Assembly (NCBI GenBank): GCA_964523875.1
Contig: CAZGAS010000003.1
Span: 1-45,410 of the forward strand
Direction of reading: 5' to 3'
Length of the DNA stretch: 45,410 nt
Source of the DNA: an uncultured Planctomycetia bacterium
GTDB taxonomy: Bacteria > Omnitrophota > Gorgyraeia > JABMRG01
In this document: piece by piece, positions 18,521 through 28,045 of the stretch
Layout of the letters: every line of letters begins with the position of its first letter
How positions within the stretch are numbered: the stretch's first letter is position 1
Made by a program: the position numbers and the translations under genes
The notes under the pieces: model-generated
Databases searched by the model: none
Told to the model about the DNA's origin: nothing
What the model saw: the letters and a program-made list of their open reading frames with translations, nothing else

Positions 18521-19903
18521 ATGAAAAAGATGTGGGGCGGAAGGTTTAAACACGGACAGGACCCTCTATTTTGGAAGTTTCAAAGCTCTATAGATTATGA
18601 TAAAGAGCTGGCTACGTATGATATAAAGGGTAGCATAGCACATGTAAAGATGCTTGGAAAGGCAAGGATTATCCCTGCCAAGGCTGCTCAATCTATTGCC
18701 AGTAATCTTGCGAAGATATTAAAGGAGCTGGAAAATAATGCCTTTAAGATAGACCCATCAGCAGAGGATATCCACAGCGCTATTTACATAGACCTTAAAA
18801 AGAAGATAGGAGATGCCGCGGATTATCTTCATACAGCAAGGTCCAGAAATGATCAGATCGTACTTGATCTAAGGATGTATGCTAAGGATAAGATATCTAT
18901 TCTGGTAGGCCTTATCAGAAAGCTCCAGTCCGCGTTGCTTGACCTCTCGAAAGAGAACGCTGATGTTATTATACCAGGTCTTACCCATACCCAGCATGCT
19001 GTGCCTATTTTATTATCACATCAACTGTTAGCGTATGTTGAGATGCTTGAAAGAGATAGGAAAAGACTCTTGCAGGCGAGGGAGAGGTCTGACGAGATGC
19101 CGCTTGGCGCGTGTGCCATGGCAGGTACTTCGTTTGCCATAGACAGAAAATATGTCGCAAAGCTCCTAGGCTTTAAAAAGGTATGTCAGAATAGCATAGA
19201 CGCGGTTAGTGACAGGGATTTTGTTATAGATATATTATCCGCTATAGCAGTGCTTTTCATGCATCTGTCAAGATTTTGTGAAGACATGATAATTTTTTCA
19301 ACACCCGAGTTTAATATAGTTGAGATAGGAGAGGCCTTTTGCACGGGTTCTTCCATAATGCCCCAGAAGAAGAATCCCGATGCCCTGGAACTTATAAGAG
19401 GAACAAGCGCAAGGGCATACGCCAACTTAAACTCAGTAATGATTATGATGAAAGGTTTGCCCCTTTCATATAACAGGGATATGCAGCTTGACAAGGAGGA
19501 GCTTTTTGATTCTGTCAGTATGACGGAGGATGTCCTTAAGATAATGTCGGGCCTTGTCAGAAGCATAAGGACAAATAAGTCTAATAGGCTAAAGGCCTTT
19601 GAAGACGATGAATCTCTATTTGCTCTTGATATGGCAGATTATCTTGTTAGAAAGGGCTTGACATTTACAAAGGCACATACTATCGCGGGAAAGATTATCA
19701 CTCATTGTATTGATAACAGATTAAAGGTATCAGCGTTGCCAATGCATGAGCTCAAGAGGTTCTCGGATAAGTTTAGCACCTGTTTTTATGAGGAGCTTGA
19801 TGCGGGTAGGTCCGTAGCGAGGAAGAGTTCTGTTGGAAGTACTAATCCCTTTCTTGTTAGGCAGCAGATTAACAAGTGGATAAAAAAGATTAAGGGAAGA
19901 TAG
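18521..19903 (+). CDS. argH: Argininosuccinate lyase
   Basis: MWGGRF, HTARSRNDQ, GSSIMPQKKNPD, YNRDMQ. Confidence 0.97.
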   Translation: MKKMWGGRFKHGQDPLFWKFQSSIDYDKELATYDIKGSIAHVKMLGKARIIPAKAAQSIASNLAKILKELENNAFKIDPSAEDIHSAIYIDLKKKIGDAADYLHTARSRNDQIVLDLRMYAKDKISILVGLIRKLQSALLDLSKENADVIIPGLTHTQHAVPILLSHQLLAYVEMLERDRKRLLQARERSDEMPLGACAMAGTSFAIDRKYVAKLLGFKKVCQNSIDAVSDRDFVIDILSAIAVLFMHLSRFCEDMIIFSTPEFNIVEIGEAFCTGSSIMPQKKNPDALELIRGTSARAYANLNSVMIMMKGLPLSYNRDMQLDKEELFDSVSMTEDVLKIMSGLVRSIRTNKSNRLKAFEDDESLFALDMADYLVRKGLTFTKAHTIAGKIITHCIDNRLKVSALPMHELKRFSDKFSTCFYEELDAGRSVARKSSVGSTNPFLVRQQINKWIKKIKGR

Positions 19904-21172
19904 ATGCATTATTTTAAATATAAAAAGAGCAAGTTATATTGCGAATCAGTCAGTATAGAAGAGATTGCCAAGGATGTAGGCACGCCATTTTATCTGTATA
20001 GTTATAAGACACTTATAAGCCATTACATGAAGATAAAAGAAGCGTTTAAGAGCTTGAAGCCTATTATCTGTTTTTCTATGAAATCTAATTCTAATCTTTC
20101 CGTGTGCAGTGCGCTGCTTAAGGCCGGTGCCGGGCTTGATATCGTTTCGGGCGGAGAGCTCTTCAAGGCGCAAAAAATAGGCGCGTCCCCTAAGAAGATT
20201 GTTTACGCGAGTGTTGGCAAGACTGCTGTTGAGATAAGTAATGCGCTTAAGGCAGGTATCCTGCTCTTTAATGTAGAAAGCATACCGGAGCTTATCCTAA
20301 TAGATAAGCTCTGTGCGCGTATGGGCAAAAGGGGAAAGATCGCGATAAGGGTAAACCCCGGTGTAAAGGCAAAGACGCATAGGTATATTACAACCGGCAC
20401 AAAGGATAATAAGTTTGGTATAGATGAAGACACTACCCTGCGTATTTTTCATGATAGTGCAGGATTTCAACATATCGATATAGTCGGTATACATATTCAT
20501 ATTGGTTCACAGATTACCCAGGCTGACCCATTTCTAAAAGCCATAAAAAAGGTCTCTACCCTGATAGAGGCTATACGTAAGGCAGGACATTGCATAGATT
20601 ATCTTAATATTGGTGGAGGGCTTGGTATTATATATAATGATGAAAAGCCGCAAACAGCAAAGGACTTCGCGAGGGCTGTGACACCTATGCTGAGCAAGCT
20701 TGATGTAAAAATAATACTTGAACCAGGCAGATTTATATCAGGCAATAGCGGTGTATTGGTTACAAGGGTACTCTATATCAAAAATAGCCTAAGTAAGAAT
20801 TTTATGATAGTAGATGCCGGAATGAATGATATTATGCGCCCAAGCCTTTATGGCGCTTTTCACGAGATACTTCCTGTTTCCCGCGGCCTATCCAAGGCAG
20901 AAACGAAGAAATTTGATGTGGTGGGGCCTATATGCGAAAGCGGAGATTTTCTTGCCAAAGGCAGAGAGCTTATAATTCCAGAAGAAGGTGACCTCTTAGC
21001 CGTGATGAGCGCTGGTGCTTATGGATTCTCTATGTCGAGTAATTATAATGCCCGTCCACGTGTAGCGGAGGTTATGGTTATAAACGGAAAATATTATATT
21101 ATACGAAAGAGAGAGTCCTATCGGGACCTTGTAAGGGGAGAAGTTGTTCCGAAGGCGTTGAAGAATAGGTAA
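19904..21172 (+). CDS. lysA: Diaminopimelate decarboxylase
   Basis: FSMKSN PLP Lys, HIHIGSQ, EPGR, GPICESGD, GAYG, SNYN. Confidence 0.96.
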   Translation: MHYFKYKKSKLYCESVSIEEIAKDVGTPFYLYSYKTLISHYMKIKEAFKSLKPIICFSMKSNSNLSVCSALLKAGAGLDIVSGGELFKAQKIGASPKKIVYASVGKTAVEISNALKAGILLFNVESIPELILIDKLCARMGKRGKIAIRVNPGVKAKTHRYITTGTKDNKFGIDEDTTLRIFHDSAGFQHIDIVGIHIHIGSQITQADPFLKAIKKVSTLIEAIRKAGHCIDYLNIGGGLGIIYNDEKPQTAKDFARAVTPMLSKLDVKIILEPGRFISGNSGVLVTRVLYIKNSLSKNFMIVDAGMNDIMRPSLYGAFHEILPVSRGLSKAETKKFDVVGPICESGDFLAKGRELIIPEEGDLLAVMSAGAYGFSMSSNYNARPRVAEVMVINGKYYIIRKRESYRDLVRGEVVPKALKNR

Positions 21173-21251
21173 AGGAAAAGGTGAAGGCGAAGGAAATATA
21201 TATTATAAGGATATAAAATTTAATTCTTTACCTTTACCTCTATCTTTACCT
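21167..21251. repeat. Inverted hexamer arrays (AGGTAA / TTACCT)
   Basis: AGGTAA AGGAAA AGGTGA AGGCGA AGGAAA ... TTACCT TTACCT CTATCT TTACCT. Confidence 0.85.
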
Positions 21252-21270
21252 AAAACTAAGCGAGTTTTAC

Positions 21271-22077
21271 ATGAGAGTTATAAAATTTAGCAAGATGGAA
21301 GCTACGGGCAATGATTTCGTGACATTTGATAACCGAAAAAAGATAATTAGGAATCGTGTATCAGACTTTGCCCGAAAACTCTGTGATAGAAAGCTTGGTA
21401 TCGGCGCTGATGGGCTATTGCTTGTAGAAAACTCCAGAATAGCGGATTTTAAGATGCGCATCTTTAATCCTGATGGTTCAGAGCCTGATATGTGTGGTAA
21501 TGGCGCGCGTTGCGCGGCATTATATGCTAAACTTAATAAGATAGCCCCATATTCTATGCGGATAGATACAAGGGCGGGCTTATTAAGCGCTAAGGTAGGT
21601 AGCGCGAGCGTTAAGATAAATATGACAGAACCTAAGGAGATTCAATTGGGGATAGGCCTTAATCTCATGAATAAGGCCTATAAACTTCATTATATTAACA
21701 CAGGTGTCCCGCATGTAGTCTGTTTTGTTAAGGATGTAGATAGGGTGGATCTTATAGCTATTGGCAGGGCTATAAGGTACCATAGATTGTTTATGCCCGC
21801 GGGGACGAATGCAAATATTGTATCTCTTAAAGGTAGAGCGTCAATCCTGGCAAGAACCTATGAAAGAGGCGTTGAAGATGAAACATTGGCCTGCGGTACA
21901 GGTTCTGTCGCGTCAGCTGTCATATCCGGTATTGTTAAGGGCCTCAAGTCTCCTGTAACGGTACATACCAGGGGAGGGAATTTGAAAATATATTTTACAT
22001 TAAAGAACAATAGTGTTGGTAATGTATTTCTTGAAGGCAAGGCAAGAGAGGTTTTTAAGGGCCAAATAAAAGTTTAA
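21271..22077 (+). CDS. dapF: Diaminopimelate epimerase
   Basis: GNDF, GIGADG, NPDGS..MCGNG, GVPH, ERGVEDETLACGTG. Confidence 0.96.
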   Translation: MRVIKFSKMEATGNDFVTFDNRKKIIRNRVSDFARKLCDRKLGIGADGLLLVENSRIADFKMRIFNPDGSEPDMCGNGARCAALYAKLNKIAPYSMRIDTRAGLLSAKVGSASVKINMTEPKEIQLGIGLNLMNKAYKLHYINTGVPHVVCFVKDVDRVDLIAIGRAIRYHRLFMPAGTNANIVSLKGRASILARTYERGVEDETLACGTGSVASAVISGIVKGLKSPVTVHTRGGNLKIYFTLKNNSVGNVFLEGKAREVFKGQIKV

Positions 22078-22097
22078 TAAACCTAAAGGAGTTCACT

Positions 22098-22976
22098 ATG
22101 TTTAAAGGTTCAATGGTCGCTATAGTAACCCCGTTTAAAAATAATGGTACAGAGCTAGATGAAGGGAAGCTTAAAGATCTTGTGGATTTTCAGATAAGCA
22201 ATAATACCTTTGTTATTGTGCCATGCGGCACAACTGGAGAATCAGCGACTTTATCAATAGAAGAACATGAGAAGGTAATAGATATTGTGATACGAACAGC
22301 CAAAGGCAAGGCCAAAGTAATGGCAGGCACAGGCTCTAACAATACCGGTGAAGCTATAGAACTTACAAGGCACGCTAAAGAGGCTGGAGCGGACGGGGCC
22401 TTAATAATAACCCCGTATTATAATAAGCCTACGCAAGAGGGCATATATCGTCACTTTAAAGCGCTCTCTGATTCAGTAGATATCCCGCTTATAGCATATA
22501 ACATAGCCTCACGCACAGGAACAAATATCACGCCTGAAACTATGCGCAGGCTCTCAACATTAAAGAATGTGGTAGCGGTTAAAGAGGCGAGCGGTGACTT
22601 AAACCAGATGGCTGAAATAAGGTACATGTGCGGTGATGATTTCGGTCTTATATCAGGGGATGATTTACTTACATTTCCTATCCTTGCTATCGGTGGATGC
22701 GGCGTAATATCAGTAATAGCTAATATAATACCAAGGGATGTCTCTGATATGGTAAGCGCTTTTATGAATGGTGATATCGAGAAAGCAAGAGAGCGTTATT
22801 TTAAGATGCTTCCGCTTGTTAAGGCTATATTTATAGAGACAAATCCGATTCCTATCAAGACTGCTATGAGCATACTGGGTATGATAGAACCGGATACGAG
22901 ATTACCAATGTGTAATATATCAGAAGCGAATAAAGATAAACTGAAAATAGCTTTAAGCGAATACGGTTTGATATAA
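22098..22976 (+). CDS. dapA: 4-hydroxy-tetrahydrodipicolinate synthase
   Basis: GTTGES, PYYNKP, YNIASRT, AVKEASG, ETNPIP. Confidence 0.96.
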   Translation: MFKGSMVAIVTPFKNNGTELDEGKLKDLVDFQISNNTFVIVPCGTTGESATLSIEEHEKVIDIVIRTAKGKAKVMAGTGSNNTGEAIELTRHAKEAGADGALIITPYYNKPTQEGIYRHFKALSDSVDIPLIAYNIASRTGTNITPETMRRLSTLKNVVAVKEASGDLNQMAEIRYMCGDDFGLISGDDLLTFPILAIGGCGVISVIANIIPRDVSDMVSAFMNGDIEKARERYFKMLPLVKAIFIETNPIPIKTAMSILGMIEPDTRLPMCNISEANKDKLKIALSEYGLI

Positions 22977-23006
22977 GAACACTACTATCAAAGTAAGGGA
23001 GTCACA

Positions 23007-23813
23007 ATGGTTACACGAATAGCTATCACAGGTTGCTGCGGCAGGATGGGCATGCGTATTGCTTCTTTTGCTTTCGCGGATAAAGATTTTGAAATAGTTG
23101 GAGCTACAGAGATAAGGTCTCATCCGAAGATAGGTTCAAACCTCGGCAGTTTTATAGGAGAAGACGCGCTGGATATACAGGTAACTAGTGATTTGAGCCT
23201 TGCTGTGAAGAACGCGGATGTTATCATAGATTTTACAACACCGGTTATGACACTCTCCAATCTAATGATTGCCAGGAACGCGAAAATACCGATAGTTATA
23301 GGTACTACAGGGCTTATGGATGAAGAGCAAAGGGGCATAGAGGCCAGTGCCAAGGTAATCCCTGTTTTTGCCTCTTCTAACATGTCTATTGGCGTAAACC
23401 TGCTCTTTCGTTTGGTACCTGAATTAGCAAGCGCGTTAGGTGAGGATTATGACATAGAAATAATCGAGATGCACCATAATAAGAAGAAGGATGCCCCGAG
23501 TGGAACTGCCAGGATTTTGGCTCAAAAAATAGCGGAGGCGAAGGGGAAGAGAATAAAAGATATCGGGATATATGGCAGAGAAGGTAACGTGGGCCAAAGG
23601 GGTAAGAACGAGATAGGCATACACGCGGTACGTGCTGGTGATATTGTAGGCGAACATACTGTTATATTCGCGGGTAAACATGAGAGAATCGAGATAACTC
23701 ATCGCGCTAATTCCCGTGACATTTTTGCCAGGGGCGCTTTATCTGCCGCGAAGTATATCGCGGATAGATCACCGGGACTATATAATATGCAAGACGTTAT
23801 AGAAGGAGTTTAG
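23007..23813 (+). CDS. dapB: 4-hydroxy-tetrahydrodipicolinate reductase
   Basis: GCCGRMG, IDFT, GTTG, EMHHNKKKDAPSGTA, GEHTV. Confidence 0.96.
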   Translation: MVTRIAITGCCGRMGMRIASFAFADKDFEIVGATEIRSHPKIGSNLGSFIGEDALDIQVTSDLSLAVKNADVIIDFTTPVMTLSNLMIARNAKIPIVIGTTGLMDEEQRGIEASAKVIPVFASSNMSIGVNLLFRLVPELASALGEDYDIEIIEMHHNKKKDAPSGTARILAQKIAEAKGKRIKDIGIYGREGNVGQRGKNEIGIHAVRAGDIVGEHTVIFAGKHERIEITHRANSRDIFARGALSAAKYIADRSPGLYNMQDVIEGV

Positions 23814-23816
23814 GTT

Positions 23817-24986
23817 ATGATGAATATTGATACATCCAGCAGGCTTAAGAAATTACCACCGTATCTTTTCGCGGAGATAGATAGGATAAAAAAGCAGGCT
23901 ATTAGTGAAGGTAAGGATATAATAGATTTAGGCGTAGGGGACCCTGATAGGCCCACGCCTATGCATATAATAGAGAAGCTTTATGAAGCTGCCCGGGATC
24001 CAAGGAACCATCATTACGCGATGGAGATGGGGCTTTTAAGGCTGCGCGAAGCGATAGCAGCCTGGTATAAACGGCGTTTCAATGTAGAGCTGGATCCTGA
24101 GTCAGAGGTTCTTCCTTTAATTGGCTCCAAGGAAGGAATAGCGCATATACCACTTGCTTATGTAAACCATGGGGATGAGGTATTAATTCCCGATCCTTGT
24201 TATCCTCCGTATAAGTCAGGTACTATATTCGCGGGCGGGGTTCCTTATCTTATGCCGCTTCTTCCTGAAAATGACTTCCTGCCGGATCTTGCCGCGATTG
24301 ATTATCAGGTTGCCAAGCGCGCGAAGATTATGTTCTTAAACTACCCTAATAATCCTACATCAGCAGTAGCGACAGAGGCCTTTTTTAAGAAAGCGATAGA
24401 TTACGCGAATGAGCATGATATCATTGTTTGCCACGATGCCGCTTATTCTGAGATGGCATATGATGATTATAAACCCCAGAGCTTTCTTGAATGCGCCGGC
24501 GCGAAAGAAACGGGTGTCGAGTTTCATTCTCTATCAAAGACTTATAATATGACAGGGTGGAGACTCGGTTTTGCCTGTGGCAACGCGGATGTGATATCAG
24601 CATTAAGAAAAGTAAAATCGAATATTGATTCAGGTATATTTCAGCCTGTGCAATTCGCGGGTATCATAGCCCTTGAGAGTGATCAGTCATATATAGATAA
24701 ACTTAATGCTGTATATCAGCGAAGAAGAGATGTCCTGGTAGATGGCTTAAATTCTCTTGGCTGGAAAGTCGCCAAGCCTAAGGCTACTTTTTATGTTTGG
24801 GTACCTGTGCCACCGGGATACACCTCAAATGAGCTTACAAAATCTTTGCTTGAAAAGGCCGATATCGTTACGACCCCGGGTGTTGGTTTTGGTCCCAATG
24901 GCGAAGGCTATATAAGAATAACATTGACAGTGCCTGAAGAGAGGTTGCAAGAAGCTGTAGACAGGATAAAGAGGCTGCATCAATGA
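23817..24986 (+). CDS. dapL: LL-diaminopimelate aminotransferase (class I PLP)
   Basis: LPPYLFAEID, LGVGDPD, GSKEGI, NYPNNPT, HDAAY, SLSKTYNMTGWRLG; lies within the dap cluster. Confidence 0.85.
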   Translation: MMNIDTSSRLKKLPPYLFAEIDRIKKQAISEGKDIIDLGVGDPDRPTPMHIIEKLYEAARDPRNHHYAMEMGLLRLREAIAAWYKRRFNVELDPESEVLPLIGSKEGIAHIPLAYVNHGDEVLIPDPCYPPYKSGTIFAGGVPYLMPLLPENDFLPDLAAIDYQVAKRAKIMFLNYPNNPTSAVATEAFFKKAIDYANEHDIIVCHDAAYSEMAYDDYKPQSFLECAGAKETGVEFHSLSKTYNMTGWRLGFACGNADVISALRKVKSNIDSGIFQPVQFAGIIALESDQSYIDKLNAVYQRRRDVLVDGLNSLGWKVAKPKATFYVWVPVPPGYTSNELTKSLLEKADIVTTPGVGFGPNGEGYIRITLTVPEERLQEAVDRIKRLHQ

Positions 24987-25741
24987 GTAAGGTGTATGTA
25001 GGCATAGGCTCAAATCTTGGCGACAGGCAGTTGAATATAGATAAGGCATTAGAAAAACTAAAGACAAGAAAAAATATCCAATTTAGCGAAGTCTCAGCTA
25101 TTATAGAGACAGACCCTGTTGGCAATGTCAACCAGCCTAAATTTTTAAACGCCTGCTGTAGAATAGATACAACCCTTTATCCCGATGAGCTTTTAAGCGT
25201 CCTGAAGTCTATTGAGCGTGAAATGGGAAGGGGTAGAGATTCTGCTCCAAAGAGGCTTAATCATGAAGAGCAGTTAAAAGCGCTTGAAGAGGGCAGGAAC
25301 GTGGAGGATATGTCAAGAGGTAAACAATCTCTCGCGCGTAACCCGGAAGATGATGATAAATGGGACCCGCGTATAATTGATCTTGATATACTTTTATATG
25401 ATGATATTATAATGAGAGGAAACAACCTTATTATACCACACAAGCTATTGCATGAGAGAATCTTTGTGTTAGAACCACTTTCCCAGATAGCATCAGAGCT
25501 TATTCACCCTGTGTTTAAAAAATCTATAAGAGATCTCTTAATAGAGTGCAAAGCGCATAATAATACTTCTACTCAAAAGCAGGAGTTACTTGTTAAAGAG
25601 TTCAATGAAAATGCTACGGTACCGGTGCTTGCGCATCCGCAACCCAGTAGCCCAAAGACATTTCTTGGATTAATTTGCAAGTTGCTTAGAATACCATATC
25701 CTAAATTAACACAGACAGGTACCAGGGATGAGGCTCATTAG
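24983..25741 (+). CDS. folK: 2-amino-4-hydroxy-6-hydroxymethyldihydropteridine diphosphokinase, with an internal insertion and C-terminal extension
   Basis: GIGSNLGD, FLNA, PRIIDLDIL, IPH..HERIFVLEPL. Confidence 0.88.
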   Translation: MSKVYVGIGSNLGDRQLNIDKALEKLKTRKNIQFSEVSAIIETDPVGNVNQPKFLNACCRIDTTLYPDELLSVLKSIEREMGRGRDSAPKRLNHEEQLKALEEGRNVEDMSRGKQSLARNPEDDDKWDPRIIDLDILLYDDIIMRGNNLIIPHKLLHERIFVLEPLSQIASELIHPVFKKSIRDLLIECKAHNNTSTQKQELLVKEFNENATVPVLAHPQPSSPKTFLGLICKLLRIPYPKLTQTGTRDEAH

Positions 25742-26576
25742 AAGTTTAAGCGCGATCACTTCCGCTGTAAAGGTGTTTCGAAAGAGTAAAAATAAGATAG
25801 GCTTTGTTCCTACGATGGGAGCTTTCCATGAAGGCCACATTTCGCTTATCAGAAGAGCTAAGAAAGAAAACAACAAAGTAGTAGTGAGCGTATTTGTAAA
25901 TCCTATACAGTTTGGGCCCAATGAGGATTATAGGAAATATCCCAGAGATATCAGCAGGGATAAAGAGCTGGCAGAGAAGGCTGGCTGCGATATTTTATTT
26001 TATCCATCCGCGGGGTCAATGTATCCTAAAGGTTTTAATACCCATGTTGAACCTGAAGGCCTCTCAGCTCTTATGTGCGGCAAGTTACGGCCCGGCCATT
26101 TCAAGGGTGTCGCGACTATTTGCGCGAAATTGTTTAATATTGTAACTCCGGATACAGCGTATTTTGGCCAGAAAGATTACCAGCAGGCTCTTATTATAAA
26201 AAACATGGTTAAGGATCTTAATATGGATATCAGGATTAAGATACTGCCTATCGTCAGAGAGATATCCGGCCTTGCTTTGAGTTCACGCAATAGATATTTA
26301 ACTCCGGCGGAGAGAGAAGACGCAAGGCTGCTTTACAGGGTCTTAAAAAAAGCAAGAAGTATAATAAGGCAAGGAGAGCAGGATTCATCTAAGCTGCGGT
26401 CGATAATAGACAATATATTAAAGAAGCCCGGTATTAAGATAGAGTATATAAGTATAGTTGATCCTGATACCCTTGAGGAGAAGAAGATGATTGATTCAAG
26501 TTTCTTGGTGGCGTTGGCAGTCAAGATTGGCAGGACAAGGCTTATTGATAATATGATGATAAAGATCAAGAATTAA
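25728..26576 (+). CDS. panC: Pantoate--beta-alanine ligase
   Basis: VPTMGAFHEGH, FVNPIQF, RPGHFKGV, FGQKDYQQ, ALSSRN, RLIDN. Confidence 0.97.
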   Translation: MRLIRSLSAITSAVKVFRKSKNKIGFVPTMGAFHEGHISLIRRAKKENNKVVVSVFVNPIQFGPNEDYRKYPRDISRDKELAEKAGCDILFYPSAGSMYPKGFNTHVEPEGLSALMCGKLRPGHFKGVATICAKLFNIVTPDTAYFGQKDYQQALIIKNMVKDLNMDIRIKILPIVREISGLALSSRNRYLTPAEREDARLLYRVLKKARSIIRQGEQDSSKLRSIIDNILKKPGIKIEYISIVDPDTLEEKKMIDSSFLVALAVKIGRTRLIDNMMIKIKN

Positions 26577-26645
26577 GTATTAAGTTGTAAGTATTAAATT
26601 TTGTATTTTTTACTTAATCCTTAATACTTAATGCTTAATACTTTA
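26566..26645. repeat. Inverted heptamer arrays (TTAAGTA / TACTTAA)
   Basis: TCAAGAA TTAAGTA TTAAGTT GTAAGTA TTAAATT ... TACTTAA TCCTTAA TACTTAA TGCTTAA TACTTTA. Confidence 0.88.
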
Positions 26646-26675
26646 ATTAGAATAATCAAAAAAGGAGCAAAAAAT

Positions 26676-27029
26676 ATGTTAAGGATAATTTATAAATCCA
26701 AGATTCACAACGCGACAGTAACAGACGCTAACCTGGATTATTCAGGAAGTATTACAATAGATTCAGAATTGTTAAAGATCGCGGATATATTTCCCGGTGA
26801 GAAGGTCCAGGTTGTGAACCTTAATAATGGTACAAGGATCGAGACATATGTTATCGAAGGAGACGCTGGCAAAGGAACTATCTGCATGAACGGTGGTGCT
26901 GCCAGATGCGCGCAAAGGGGAGACAAACTAATTATAATATCCTATTGTCTGGTTGAGTCCAAGGAGGTGTCTACTTTTAACGCGAAGAGGGTGTTTCTTA
27001 ATGACAAAAATGGAGTAAAGAAATTATGA
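26676..27029 (+). CDS. panD: Aspartate 1-decarboxylase proenzyme
   Basis: KSKIHNATVT, YSG|SITID pyruvoyl cleavage site, ETY, NGGAAR; start ATG 26676 after AAGGAG. Confidence 0.95.
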   Translation: MLRIIYKSKIHNATVTDANLDYSGSITIDSELLKIADIFPGEKVQVVNLNNGTRIETYVIEGDAGKGTICMNGGAARCAQRGDKLIIISYCLVESKEVSTFNAKRVFLNDKNGVKKL

Positions 27030-28003
27030 TGGAAAAATATACAGAAGCGACTAATAGGCAGTATATAGAGAAGTTAAAAACCCGCATTGTTGAACTTAAG
27101 AAAAAGCGCAACGCTGTTATAATAGTTCATAATTACCAGAGAGATGAAATTCAGGAGATAGCTGATATTACAGGCGACTCCCTGGGGCTGAGCAAGGCAG
27201 CTATTAATATAAGGGCGGATGTTATTGTTTTTTGCGGGGTCCATTTTATGGCAGAGACAGCTTATATATTAAATCCAAAAAAGACGGTGCTGCTTCCGGT
27301 AAAAGAGGCCGGATGCCCTATGGCAGATATGATTACGCCTGAAGCGTTAAGAAAAAAGAAAAAGGAATATCCCGGTGTGCCCGTTGTATGCTATGTCAAT
27401 ACCGCCGCTGCGATTAAGGCAGAGAGCGATATATGCTGTACTTCGCGTAATGCCGTTGAGGTGGTAAACTCTCTTCGGGAGAAGAGAGTAATGCTTATCC
27501 CTGATAAAAATCTTGGTTCTTATGTCCAATCACAGTTGCCTGAAAAAGAGATAATATTATGGGAAGGGTTTTGCCCTACCCATATAAGGGTTTTGCCTGA
27601 CCAGATTTTAGAAACTAAAAATTTACATCCTGACGCGGAATTTATAGCTCATCCTGAATGTAATCCTGATATTCTTGCTCTGGCGGATAAGATTACATCA
27701 ACAGGCGGTATGCTTGAACATATAAAGAACTCAAAGAGGAGAGATTTTATTATCGGAACAGAGATGGGCATGTTGTACAGGCTAAGGCAAGATAATCCTG
27801 ATAAGAGGTTTTTTCTGCCTACAGATCATCTCTTATGCGCGAGTATGAAACTTACGACTCTTGGGTGGATAGTTAACTCGCTTGAGCTTATGGTTTACAA
27901 AATATCTGTTCCTGAAAATATAAGGATACGTGCGTACAAATCAGTGGAGAGAATGCTTGCTATCTCCGGTGAAAAGAAATGGGTATCTGTATCGGGTAAC
28001 TAG
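27026..28003 (+). CDS. nadA: Quinolinate synthase
   Basis: HNYQ, GDSL, CGVHFMAE, AGCPMA, YVNT, CPTH, HPEC, C.SMK. Confidence 0.96.
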   Translation: MMEKYTEATNRQYIEKLKTRIVELKKKRNAVIIVHNYQRDEIQEIADITGDSLGLSKAAINIRADVIVFCGVHFMAETAYILNPKKTVLLPVKEAGCPMADMITPEALRKKKKEYPGVPVVCYVNTAAAIKAESDICCTSRNAVEVVNSLREKRVMLIPDKNLGSYVQSQLPEKEIILWEGFCPTHIRVLPDQILETKNLHPDAEFIAHPECNPDILALADKITSTGGMLEHIKNSKRRDFIIGTEMGMLYRLRQDNPDKRFFLPTDHLLCASMKLTTLGWIVNSLELMVYKISVPENIRIRAYKSVERMLAISGEKKWVSVSGN

Positions 28004-28045
28004 AGAGATAAGCTTGGAAACAGTTTCAAGCACTAATGAGGGATT

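Noticed and set aside
26631-26675. N-terminal extension of PanD in the ORF track
   Set aside because: The upstream ATG lies inside the heptamer array; the SD and family N-terminus indicate 26676.
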